This document shows, one piece after another, positions 1-8,449 of a stretch of 45,512 bases of DNA. Every line of letters starts with the position of its first letter. Positions within the stretch are counted from its first letter, which is position 1. The stretch covers positions 1 to 45,512 of IMG/VR virus record IMGVR_UViG_3300032234_000239. One strand, 5' to 3'. The translations under genes were made by a program, and so were the position numbers. This DNA comes from a virus. Its lineage: Duplodnaviria > Caudoviricetes. Below the pieces are notes generated by a model. It was given only the letters and a program-made list of their open reading frames with translations, was not told the origin of the DNA and ran no database searches.

Positions 1-1
1 T

Positions 2-535
2 AAGGGATTTATCTTGAGCACAACTGGAACAATAACAATTGGAACATCAGAAGTTTCATACTCACAGTTTAATGCTTCTGAGGCTGTAATTGCTGGAACA
101 AACATCACAAAGACTGGTGCAACCGTTGCAGTCGCAGATGCACCAACATTCTCTGGACTAGTTACAGCATCAGCAGGTGTAGCATTCTCAGACGGAACAC
201 AGACAAAAGAAGGAACTCCTTCTAGAACTCCAATCGTTGCAAAGACAGCAGCGTATACCCTTGGAGCACTAACAGAAAGAGATTCTCTAATTGAGGTTTC
301 TCATACTGGTGGATCAGCAGTAAACGTTACAATCCCTGCAGATTCAACACTGAATTTCCCAATCGGAACTTCTATCGATGTTCTTCAGACAAACACTGGC
401 GGAGTTGCAATTGCAGCAGGCGCAGGAGTAACTGTAAATGCTACTCCAGGATTAACACTACGTACACAATGGTCATCTGCAACTCTCTTTAAGAGAGCAG
501 CAAATACCTGGGTTGTTTACGGAGATCTTAAGTAA
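2..535 (+). CDS. Tail fibre/virion protein, C-terminal part (5'-truncated)
   Basis: The frame is open from the window edge (KGFILSTTG...). It is Thr/Ala/Gly-rich, and its C-terminal segment (SIDVLQ...GVTVNATPGLTLRTQWSSATLFKRAANTWVVYGDL) is typical of phage fibre proteins. Confidence 0.6.
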   Translation, partial: KGFILSTTGTITIGTSEVSYSQFNASEAVIAGTNITKTGATVAVADAPTFSGLVTASAGVAFSDGTQTKEGTPSRTPIVAKTAAYTLGALTERDSLIEVSHTGGSAVNVTIPADSTLNFPIGTSIDVLQTNTGGVAIAAGAGVTVNATPGLTLRTQWSSATLFKRAANTWVVYGDLK

Positions 536-564
536 TATTGTAAGAAGAAAAGGAGAATTAAATA

Positions 565-1548
565 ATGGCAAACAAAAGAGTAGGTAAAAAGTCCCAAGCA
601 GCAAATGACTTCTTGGAACCAAAACCACCGATCAACGTATCTGCTACGGATGTTGGAACAGGTAGAGCATTCAATAATGCAGCAGCATCAGTTGCTTTTG
701 AATTGCCAGCAGGTTCTCCTCCAGCAACTTCTTACACAGTAACAGCAACTTTTGTTGCAACTGGTTCAGGAGGAGATGGAACAAGTGGTACTACTGTAAC
801 ACAGTCAGGATCATCCTCTCCAATCTCTGTAGGTGGACTTAAGTCTGCAGCATCTTATACCTTTGCTGTGACTGCAACAAATGCTTCTGGAACTTCTGCA
901 TCATCATCTTCTACTGGATCAGTTACTGTTACATCAGTTGCTGCAACTCCATCAGCACCAGGTGCAACAGCAGGAGTTAATCAGGATACAGTAACATGGT
1001 CAGCACCAGCAAATGGTGGAAAAGCCATTTCAGGTTATATCTGGGCATCTTCAGACAGTAAGACTAACCTTGCAGGAGGAAGCCCTGGAGGTGGTCCTCT
1101 TAATGCAACATCTGTAGTTGTTTCACAAGAAGCAAACACTGCCCAGACATATACTGTTTATGCAGTTAATGGTAACGGAAACTCTGGAACATCGGCAGCA
1201 TCTGGTAGCGTAACAACAATTGCTCCATTCTTCCCTCCATTTTTCCCACCATTCTTCCCGTTCTTCCCTCCATTCTTCCCACCATTCTTCCCGTTCTTCC
1301 CACCATTCTTCCCATTCTTCCCTTACTTCCCATTCTTCCCACCATTCTTCCCGTTCTTCCCATTCTTCCCACCGTTCTTCCCATTCTTCCCTTACTTCCC
1401 ATTCTTCCCACCATTCTTCCCGTTCTTCCCATTCTTCCCACCGTTCTTCCCACCATCATTCGCACCAGTTGGTGTAACGCCTCCAACAGGTGGCGGATGT
1501 CGGGCAAATTATTGCTGGCAGTGCCCATGTTACCCATGTGCTTGCTAA
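565..1548 (+). CDS. Fibronectin type III-domain virion-like protein with C-terminal (P)PFF repeat and Cys-rich tip
   Basis: SD AAGGAG upstream. Two FN3-like units (YTVT...GLKSAASYTFAVTATNASG; VTWSAP...YTVYAVNGNG), then a 79-aa Pro/Phe repeat, then GGGCRANYCWQCPCYPCAC. Confidence 0.7.
   Translation: MANKRVGKKSQAANDFLEPKPPINVSATDVGTGRAFNNAAASVAFELPAGSPPATSYTVTATFVATGSGGDGTSGTTVTQSGSSSPISVGGLKSAASYTFAVTATNASGTSASSSSTGSVTVTSVAATPSAPGATAGVNQDTVTWSAPANGGKAISGYIWASSDSKTNLAGGSPGGGPLNATSVVVSQEANTAQTYTVYAVNGNGNSGTSAASGSVTTIAPFFPPFFPPFFPFFPPFFPPFFPFFPPFFPFFPYFPFFPPFFPFFPFFPPFFPFFPYFPFFPPFFPFFPFFPPFFPPSFAPVGVTPPTGGGCRANYCWQCPCYPCAC
1225..1461 (+). repeat. Coding tandem repeat of 9/12-bp units (CCN TTC TTC) encoding PFF/PPFF/PYF; includes an exact 69-bp tandem duplication (1312-1380 = 1381-1449)
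   Basis: Read directly from the sequence: 23 units, 79 codons. Confidence 0.95.
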
Positions 1549-1551
1549 AAG

Positions 1552-1586
1552 TAGGGGGTGCATACAAAAACAGTATGCACCCACTA
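1552..1586 (+). terminator. Stem-loop after the PFF-repeat gene (possible terminator or processing site)
   Basis: GGGTGCATAC (1556-1565) and GTATGCACCC (1573-1582) form a perfect 10-bp stem with a 7-nt loop; the U-tract is weak. Confidence 0.55.
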
Positions 1587-1595
1587 TTAAAGATA

Positions 1596-1604
1596 TGATA
1601 TACT
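1596..1604 (+). promoter_or_regulatory. Extended -10 promoter TGATATACT
   Basis: Matches the recurrent TGnTAnAnT motif; lies upstream of the SD and ATG 1630. Confidence 0.6.
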
Positions 1605-1629
1605 ACAAATATAAAAGGAGATTTAAAAT

Positions 1630-2058
1630 ATGTACGCAATGATTGCTAAGGACACAGGAAACACTTACGATGTAATCGGAGTTGTTAGAACAAACGAAGA
1701 GTTGAGCGCTGCTCTTGATGCTGAATGGGATAAGAATCTTCCAATAGTAGGAATGAATGTTAGCGACCATAAAGCAACTGCCACAAAGGGTGCTACTTGG
1801 AACGGAACATCATTTGACGGAGAAGCAAACGAAGGATTCTTTGCATTATCTCAGGCAGAAAAGGACGCATTTAAGCAGTATGCATTTTTGTGCGATAATA
1901 AAATAATTCATAGACTTTCTGTTCAAAGTGGCACTGAAAAGGCAGAACTTTTTGATGCAGCATTTGCTGGAGAAGTATTACTAATCAAGTGTGTTTTTGT
2001 AGTAAGCGGAACAACCGTTACATACAATAAGACAACCAGAGAAATCTCAGCAGTCTAA
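1630..2058 (+). CDS. Hypothetical protein, possibly fibre-associated or a chaperone
   Basis: SD AAGGAG. Two loosely similar halves (YAMI...ATWNGTSF; YAFL...VTYN) resemble small proteins that follow phage fibre genes. Confidence 0.45.
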   Translation: MYAMIAKDTGNTYDVIGVVRTNEELSAALDAEWDKNLPIVGMNVSDHKATATKGATWNGTSFDGEANEGFFALSQAEKDAFKQYAFLCDNKIIHRLSVQSGTEKAELFDAAFAGEVLLIKCVFVVSGTTVTYNKTTREISAV

Positions 2059-2080
2059 TAGTATACCGTAATTCGCTTTG

Positions 2081-2089
2081 TGATATAAT
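2081..2089 (+). promoter_or_regulatory. Extended -10 promoter TGATATAAT (oxygenase operon, block 1)
   Basis: Consensus TGnTATAAT in the intergenic gap before ATG 2117. Confidence 0.65.
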
Positions 2090-2116
2090 ATATTCATAGC
2101 CAAACAAAGGAATAGT

Positions 2117-2830
2117 ATGACAATTTATGACGAGAATGAAACACCTTGGTTTACTAAGGATAGATCAGAGACTGCAGTAAATAGGTATCCATCAAGAACA
2201 ATAGGCAATAATATTCTGGTTGAAAATCCAGCATTAGGAATAAATCTATACAGAAATACATTTTCAAAAGAAGATTCTGAAAGATACATAAAGACTCTCG
2301 AATCAAATCTGGGCAGTAATGGAAAATATCGTTGGTCAGAAGCAAAAGTAACCAATTCTGATGTTCCAATTAAGAAAGCCAGAGACGCTGTAGACTTTAG
2401 ATTCAAGCAAGAAAACCTAGGACCAAGAGATGAGCATAACACTGAACTTCTTGATCTACATGAAGAAATCTATCAAAAGTTAAAGTTCTGTGTTGACGAT
2501 TATGCACGGTACTGGGGAATAAACGTAGTATATTATGAAGCATTTAACTTTGTAAAGTACGAGGGAGAAGGCACACACTTCAATATCCATGCAGACCATG
2601 GACCAATGTACAACTGCACAGTTTCTGCTGTAGTCTATATAAATGACGACTACGAAGGTGGAGAAATTAAATTTCCAAGAATGGACAACTATACTCATAC
2701 TCCAAAGGTAGGAGATATCATCCTTTGTCCATCTAACTATATATATGAACACGCATCTTTGCCAATGAAAAAGGGAACAAAATATTGTGTTGTCGTAATG
2801 ACAGACATAAATGAACTAGGACACAAGTAG
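2117..2830 (+). CDS. 2OG-Fe(II) oxygenase, prolyl 4-hydroxylase-like (1)
   Basis: HAD...YINDDYEGGEIKF...HASLPMKKGTKY: HxD...H iron triad and Lys for 2OG binding. Confidence 0.85.
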   Translation: MTIYDENETPWFTKDRSETAVNRYPSRTIGNNILVENPALGINLYRNTFSKEDSERYIKTLESNLGSNGKYRWSEAKVTNSDVPIKKARDAVDFRFKQENLGPRDEHNTELLDLHEEIYQKLKFCVDDYARYWGINVVYYEAFNFVKYEGEGTHFNIHADHGPMYNCTVSAVVYINDDYEGGEIKFPRMDNYTHTPKVGDIILCPSNYIYEHASLPMKKGTKYCVVVMTDINELGHK

Positions 2831-3597
2831 TGTCTCTAGTTGCTAAATTTAGATCATTTAGACCGTGGCTAGATAAAGAAAACATTTCTGTTCCAGTCCC
2901 AACACAAAAAGAAATGCCAAACTGGTACAAAGATGCTGATAGATTTGCAAAAATGCCAAATGGAGAATATTACAAGGCACCAAAAGAGGTTTGTCCATTT
3001 CCTAAAGAAGGAACAACAGACGACTATGGAAAGATACCTACTTGGAAAGCATGTCCCGCCATTATGGATGCCTTTGCCACTGGTTATGTTTTTAAAACTC
3101 CATGTGATTTGATATTTGCAAAAAATTCCCAGGGGATAATCAATGTTGTAATTGATGACCCTAAGTATAAAGACTTTTGCACACAAAGACCTCCAATGCC
3201 ACAATTTGAACATCCTAAAGGATATTACCAACACCACTTCGCTTGGAGTTCACCATGGGGCTTAGAATTACCAGAAGGATATAGCGCACTGTTTATGACA
3301 CCAATGAATAGGTTTGACCTTCCTTTTCTAAACACTACTGGAGTTGTAGACTCTGACAAGGTTCATCTTCTTGGAAGTTTTCCATTTTTTATTGCAGATG
3401 GTTGGGAAGGAACACTTCCTGCTGGAACTCCGTACCTTCAGGTTCTTCCTTTTAAAAGAGAAAACTGGGAGCATGAAATAGAAATTTTAGGACAATCTGA
3501 CATATATGGTAAAATGGTAGACAACGCAAAATTCTATCGTCAACCTGACGGAGGAGTGTATATTAAAAAAGTTTGGTCCCGCAGAGAATATAAATAG
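2830..3597 (+). CDS. Hypothetical protein, DUF6065-like (possible dUTPase-like beta fold)
   Basis: GTG start overlaps the upstream TAG. Motifs KACP...GY...P, PMNR...GVVDSD and AGTPYLQVLPFKRE parallel ORF 4290. Confidence 0.5.
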   Translation: MSLVAKFRSFRPWLDKENISVPVPTQKEMPNWYKDADRFAKMPNGEYYKAPKEVCPFPKEGTTDDYGKIPTWKACPAIMDAFATGYVFKTPCDLIFAKNSQGIINVVIDDPKYKDFCTQRPPMPQFEHPKGYYQHHFAWSSPWGLELPEGYSALFMTPMNRFDLPFLNTTGVVDSDKVHLLGSFPFFIADGWEGTLPAGTPYLQVLPFKRENWEHEIEILGQSDIYGKMVDNAKFYRQPDGGVYIKKVWSRREYK

Positions 3598-3606
3598 GAG
3601 ATAAAA

Positions 3607-4290
3607 ATGCAAACATGGACAGAAAAAGAAGACCTTGGCAATGGAATCATTTGCTATAGAGGCGTAATTAAAGAAGAGTTTGATGTAATAAACAGACTTG
3701 AGTCCAATCTAGGATCAGTTGCTGGGTATGGAGAATTATCGGCAGAAGGAAAAAGGTATCACTGGATGCCAGCATATGTAGGATATCAGCAACTTATGCC
3801 AGACTATAGAGACTGCGTTGATTTTAAGTTTAAGAAAACAGATATAGAGTTGGACAAGAGTCAAGACTCTCTAAATCTACAGGCATTGTGGCAAGACGTT
3901 TATGATGCACAGTTTGCAGCAGTGGAAGATTATAGAAAATCCTATAACATTATGCCACTAAAGTACTGGGAAGCATTTAACTTTATCAAGTATGGTCCAG
4001 GACAGCACTTCAAAGAGCACCATGATCATGGGTATTCCTACAACTGTACTCTTTCATTGGTTGCATATGTAAATGATGACTACGATGGCGGTGAGTTGTT
4101 CTTTAGACTACAGGGTTTAAACATTAAGCCAAAGGCTGGAGATCTTTATATATTCCCATCCAACTTCATGTATCCTCATCAAGCAATGCCAGTTCATTCT
4201 GGAACAAAATATTCTATTGTAACAATGCTTGATTACAGCAAGAAGTACCATACACCAGACATGTATGACCCAAAGTGGGATAATGAGTAA
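3607..4290 (+). CDS. 2OG-Fe(II) oxygenase, prolyl 4-hydroxylase-like (2)
   Basis: HHD...YVNDDYDGGELFF...HQAMPVHSGTKY; a clear paralog of ORF 2117 (EAFNFxKY, DHGxxYNCT). Confidence 0.85.
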   Translation: MQTWTEKEDLGNGIICYRGVIKEEFDVINRLESNLGSVAGYGELSAEGKRYHWMPAYVGYQQLMPDYRDCVDFKFKKTDIELDKSQDSLNLQALWQDVYDAQFAAVEDYRKSYNIMPLKYWEAFNFIKYGPGQHFKEHHDHGYSYNCTLSLVAYVNDDYDGGELFFRLQGLNIKPKAGDLYIFPSNFMYPHQAMPVHSGTKYSIVTMLDYSKKYHTPDMYDPKWDNE

Positions 4291-5003
4291 TGTACAATAT
4301 CTCAGTTGAAAAAATGCATGGAGCATTATTTGATATTGCTCCAATGTCTATAAAAAGAGACTGGATGGACAATACATCAGAAGGTCACGCATATAGATGT
4401 TTCCCAGTAACACAGTCAAACGTTGTTGGGTGGAGCATTTTTTGTAAACAAGATATAGAGTTTTTGTGGGATGGTATCAATGATCAGAGTCAAGATCATG
4501 TTGATATAATATCTGCACCAGAAGGGTCGTATTCTGGAAGAGGGCAGTCGTCTATTAGTTTTAATACTGGCTTAGTATTTAGAACAGATCAAAATGTTAG
4601 CATTTTTACTATTAATCCAGTCAACTACTTTAATGATGATTTTGAAACAATGTCAAACCTAATTAGTACATCATTTTATGACAATCCGTTGCCACTAGCA
4701 ATAAAGGCAAAGTCTGCAAACAAGAGTGTGGTGATAAAAGCAGGTACGCCATTAGCAACAATCATACCAATATCATTGTCAGAGTTAAACAATACATCTA
4801 TAGACGTTGTCAACTATAAAGATGATGATAGGAAAAGAATAGAAGCAAATATAGCCTATGGAGAGGCAGCACAGGTACTCAACTCTTCTGGAGAGTGGAC
4901 AGACTGGTACAGAAATGCAGTCAATGAAAAACAAGAGTCTTTAGGCTCTCATGAAGTTAAGACCTTGAAACTTAGCGTAAAGGATAATACTGGTCAACAA
5001 TGA
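4290..5003 (+). CDS. DUF6065-like protein
   Basis: N-terminal RDWMD...HAYRCFPVTQSNVVGW signature; TAATG coupling to the upstream gene. Confidence 0.6.
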   Translation: MYNISVEKMHGALFDIAPMSIKRDWMDNTSEGHAYRCFPVTQSNVVGWSIFCKQDIEFLWDGINDQSQDHVDIISAPEGSYSGRGQSSISFNTGLVFRTDQNVSIFTINPVNYFNDDFETMSNLISTSFYDNPLPLAIKAKSANKSVVIKAGTPLATIIPISLSELNNTSIDVVNYKDDDRKRIEANIAYGEAAQVLNSSGEWTDWYRNAVNEKQESLGSHEVKTLKLSVKDNTGQQ

Positions 5004-5455
5004 GCGAATTAAATATGACGCATGATGACATGGTTAATGATTATGTTAAAAATGCTAAAGAGGGCAAGGTTGGTCACTACATGATAACTGTATCTAGAGA
5101 TGGAGAGTCTCCAGTAAGATCAATAATTTCTTTTGATAATATTGAGCAGGCCTTAGAGGGTTATGAGATGTATCAAGATGCTGGTTTTGCTAGAGACTAT
5201 CTGACTGTATCTTTGTATCAGCCATCTGGAAACACTCTTACAAAAGTTTTAAAAAGAAACCACGCTGGAGATCCATCTTTTGTTAGGCAAAACTATATTG
5301 ATACTGTTGAGGCACTGCATACACTAAAAGATAAACTTACAAAAGAAGATTATGAGGATGTGTGTATTAAGATAGTGACATCTTTTGCTAAAGACAATTG
5401 GAGATTTAGCGCAGAAAGATTTTTAAAACAACTAGAAATAGAGAGGGAGTTGTAG
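5000..5455 (+). CDS. Hypothetical protein
   Basis: ATGA overlap with the upstream gene; 151 aa; no recognised motif. Confidence 0.6.
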   Translation: MSELNMTHDDMVNDYVKNAKEGKVGHYMITVSRDGESPVRSIISFDNIEQALEGYEMYQDAGFARDYLTVSLYQPSGNTLTKVLKRNHAGDPSFVRQNYIDTVEALHTLKDKLTKEDYEDVCIKIVTSFAKDNWRFSAERFLKQLEIEREL

Positions 5456-5468
5456 GGAACAAACCCTA

Positions 5469-5477
5469 TGATATAAT
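5469..5477 (+). promoter_or_regulatory. Extended -10 promoter TGATATAAT, leaderless (oxygenase block 2)
   Basis: Lies 6 nt before ATG 5484; no SD. Confidence 0.65.
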
Positions 5478-5483
5478 CAGATT

Positions 5484-6158
5484 ATGGAAAATATAAAAGC
5501 ATCTGTTGTAGTAAGAAAGCCATCAATGACTCCTTCTGGCTGGTTTGGCGATAGTAAAGATATGATTGTTGAACTAGAAAACTTTATGACTCAAGAAGAA
5601 ATAGAGTTTTTAGAAAAGGCTGCAAAGTCTTTAACTATCTGGGATGTAACAGAAAGCCATGTAAACGAAAATGGTACAGTTGTTTATGACTCAGACTACT
5701 GGAAAGATAGGGTTGCTACTAGCCCAACACTAGACAAGAATGATCCAAGGATTGCTCCAGTTATTGCTGGACTGTTTCAAAGATTAAAGCCAATTGTGGA
5801 AGAGTTCTATAAGGTTGAAGTTATACCGACTGGAACCACCATTGTTAAGTGGCTTCCAGGACAATTTCAAAAGCCACATGCAGATAAAGAACTGCACGAA
5901 GGTCCAGACGCTGGCTTGCCAAATGATTTTCCAAACTATGACTTATCTAGTTTGTTTTATTTAAACGATGACTATGAGGGTGGGGAACTGTACTTCCCAT
6001 TGCAGGGTGTTCAATTTAAACCTAAAAAGGGTGCAGCATATTTTTTCCCTGGAGATAAAAACTATATTCACGGAGTAACAGAGATAAAAAGCGGACTTAG
6101 ATTTACTTGCCCATTTTTTTGGGAAATAACAAAGCACACTGGAGATAGACAGCCATGA
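5484..6158 (+). CDS. 2OG-Fe(II) oxygenase, P4H-like (3)
   Basis: HAD...YLNDDYEGGELYF...HGVTEIKSGLRF. Confidence 0.85.
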   Translation: MENIKASVVVRKPSMTPSGWFGDSKDMIVELENFMTQEEIEFLEKAAKSLTIWDVTESHVNENGTVVYDSDYWKDRVATSPTLDKNDPRIAPVIAGLFQRLKPIVEEFYKVEVIPTGTTIVKWLPGQFQKPHADKELHEGPDAGLPNDFPNYDLSSLFYLNDDYEGGELYFPLQGVQFKPKKGAAYFFPGDKNYIHGVTEIKSGLRFTCPFFWEITKHTGDRQP

Positions 6159-7033
6159 CAGAAAATAATCTAAGTTTTGTAGAGATATATCCTAAAGTTC
6201 TTGTCTACAAGAACGTTTTCCAAGATCCAGAAAAGATGTACGAAATTATAAAAAACTCTGCAGATACAAAGGAAGATCAGGTATTTGGAGAATGGTCTGA
6301 TTGGTCGTATTTTGGAAAATATATTAATTACCCAGCAGGATCATCCTTTAACAAAGAATGGTCTTATCAAAACTTAGAAAGCATAGAAGCAATCACAGAA
6401 GTTCAAAAACAGCAAAAATATTTTTTGCTAGAACTTCAAAATGGTTTTGAAAAGGTTACGTCAGATTACATTTCAAAGTTTGGAAAAGATTTCGAATTTG
6501 ATGAAAGAAAGTCCATTCGTACAAATGAAAATGAGACTGTTCCTTTGTGGAAAATGTATGGTCCGTCAATTTGCAAGTATCACAAAGATATTGCTACTCC
6601 GATGTCAATGGTATACCATTCTGACTTTATAAGAGAGCCAATCCCTAGTCCAGGATATAAATTTGCAATAACGGCAAATGCATACTTTAATGACGACTAT
6701 GTTGGTGGAGAAATAGATTTTTTTGTAAGCGGAGAACTGATCAGTTATAAACCAGAAGCAGGGGACTGGCTTGTTTTCCCTTCAGGACATCCAGAAGTTT
6801 TAACAAAGGATGGAACGGTATACCTTCATGGGGTCTTCCCATCCTATGAGTCAGAAAAGCATTTTGCAAGAATGTATTGGAGAAAGTACAGTCTTGGTAG
6901 TGATGAGTGGTATGAAAAAGAAAAAGAGTTTGGAAAAGAGAAGTGGCTTGAAATGCAAAATGACATAATGGCAGAGTATAATAGTATAATTCCAAATAGA
7001 AGTGAGATACCAGAAGGAGTTAGAGTGAGATGA
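6155..7033 (+). CDS. 2OG-Fe(II) oxygenase, P4H-like (4)
   Basis: HSD...YFNDDYVGGEIDF...HGVFPSYESEKHF; ATGA overlap. Confidence 0.8.
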   Translation: MTENNLSFVEIYPKVLVYKNVFQDPEKMYEIIKNSADTKEDQVFGEWSDWSYFGKYINYPAGSSFNKEWSYQNLESIEAITEVQKQQKYFLLELQNGFEKVTSDYISKFGKDFEFDERKSIRTNENETVPLWKMYGPSICKYHKDIATPMSMVYHSDFIREPIPSPGYKFAITANAYFNDDYVGGEIDFFVSGELISYKPEAGDWLVFPSGHPEVLTKDGTVYLHGVFPSYESEKHFARMYWRKYSLGSDEWYEKEKEFGKEKWLEMQNDIMAEYNSIIPNRSEIPEGVRVR

Positions 7034-7776
7034 ATCTAGAAAACAAGCAAAGAATCACAAAAGATATTGTTGTTTATAAAAACTTTATTAGTGCTGAGCA
7101 ATGTGAAAAAATGATAAAGGCTCTTGATGATCAGGCCGACAACGGCAAGATATCTTGGATGCCAATTTCTTTTTATGAGTCATACTCTTCGGTTCTTCCA
7201 CAGGACAATGACCAAGAAGTAATTGATGCTGGACTATCTCCAACTATTTTTTCTGATATTGAAAAAGCAATGCCAGAGGCAATAGCATCGGTTCATGACT
7301 TAGATCCTAAGATTATCTCTAAGATTGGGTACCATACACAAAAATGGGAGCCAGGAGCGTATGCAAGAATTCACTCTGATAATACAGATGAGCATGGTAA
7401 TTCTGGAGCATTTACCAGAAGCAGGTATGCAGGATTTTTATATCTTAATGACAACTTTGAGGGTGGTCTTTTAAGGTTCCCAGATCAAAACATAGAGATA
7501 AAGCCAGAAGTAGGAATGCTTGCCGTTTTTGACGGGGGATTCAACAACATGCACGAAGTATCTTTAATAACAAAGGGAGTTAGATACACTATAGGATCTT
7601 TCTGGGATGATAGAGAAGAAGATGCATACCCACAAGAATTAAGAGATGCATGGGCTGCAGAAATGAAAGAGACTAGAGCAAAGCAAGAAATTGAAAGAGC
7701 AGAATGGCAAGAGTTGTTAAAGCAAGGGTGGAAACTTGATGCTGATGGAAATAAGTATAAGGCTGAGGATTTGTAA
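7030..7776 (+). CDS. 2OG-Fe(II) oxygenase, P4H-like (5)
   Basis: HSD...YLNDNFEGGLLRF...HEVSLITKGVRY; ATGA overlap. Confidence 0.85.
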   Translation: MNLENKQRITKDIVVYKNFISAEQCEKMIKALDDQADNGKISWMPISFYESYSSVLPQDNDQEVIDAGLSPTIFSDIEKAMPEAIASVHDLDPKIISKIGYHTQKWEPGAYARIHSDNTDEHGNSGAFTRSRYAGFLYLNDNFEGGLLRFPDQNIEIKPEVGMLAVFDGGFNNMHEVSLITKGVRYTIGSFWDDREEDAYPQELRDAWAAEMKETRAKQEIERAEWQELLKQGWKLDADGNKYKAEDL

Positions 7777-8439
7777 ATGGAAGTATTCTTAAAGAAGCAG
7801 TTTGACGAGGCTGGTTATAAGACTGAGGTTTTTCATGAACATGTTTTGTTTATAGAAGATTTTATAAATGCTGAGGAACTTGATATTATTTTAAAAATAA
7901 TTGAGACTACGCCTAATGAAGACTGGTCGATAGAATACACAAAAAATCTTGCTAGATTTTGTATGGAAAAGTTTGGTAGAGACGATGTAGACAACCTGGT
8001 GGCAGAAGGAAAGTTTGAAATAACTCTTGGCTGGGAAGATAAGAACCTAGATATTACTAAGAGAGAAATAAGCACAATATTACAGGGCAGACTTGGAAAG
8101 TTGCTTGAGGTGGCAGACCCATCTCTAGAACTTGCTGGCTTTGGAACACTTCAAAGAATGCAGTCTGGTGTTGAGTTAAAGCCACACACAGATCAGCACA
8201 CTGATCCTTCGATTAGATATGCTGCTATACTATACATTAACGATGACTATAAGGATGGAACCTTGTTCTTTAAAAATAAGGAAAATTCAGACTTAAGGCC
8301 AAAGCCAGGCACACTACTGATCTTCCCAGGGAATGAAGAGTATGAGCATGGAGTAAGACATGTAGGAGACGGACCAATAAGATATGTTACTGTTGGTTTT
8401 ATGAAGGTTACAGGGTTTTACGAAAAGAATAAATACTAA
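7777..8439 (+). CDS. 2OG-Fe(II) oxygenase, P4H-like (6)
   Basis: HTD...YINDDYKDGTLFF...HGVRHVGDGPIRY. Confidence 0.85.
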   Translation: MEVFLKKQFDEAGYKTEVFHEHVLFIEDFINAEELDIILKIIETTPNEDWSIEYTKNLARFCMEKFGRDDVDNLVAEGKFEITLGWEDKNLDITKREISTILQGRLGKLLEVADPSLELAGFGTLQRMQSGVELKPHTDQHTDPSIRYAAILYINDDYKDGTLFFKNKENSDLRPKPGTLLIFPGNEEYEHGVRHVGDGPIRYVTVGFMKVTGFYEKNKY

Positions 8440-8449
8440 GGAGAAAAAC

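Noticed and set aside
1225-1461. Possible CRISPR array or DGR repeat
   Set aside because: There are no unique spacers, no cas or reverse transcriptase genes, and no adenine-specific variant copy. It is a coding microsatellite-like repeat.
1166-1639. Minus-strand ORF with MGR/MVGR repeats, and the +2-frame His/Ser-rich ORF 1220-1477
   Set aside because: Both are shadows of the stop-free PFF repeat. Third-position variation fits the Pro/Phe frame, and neither has a start signal.
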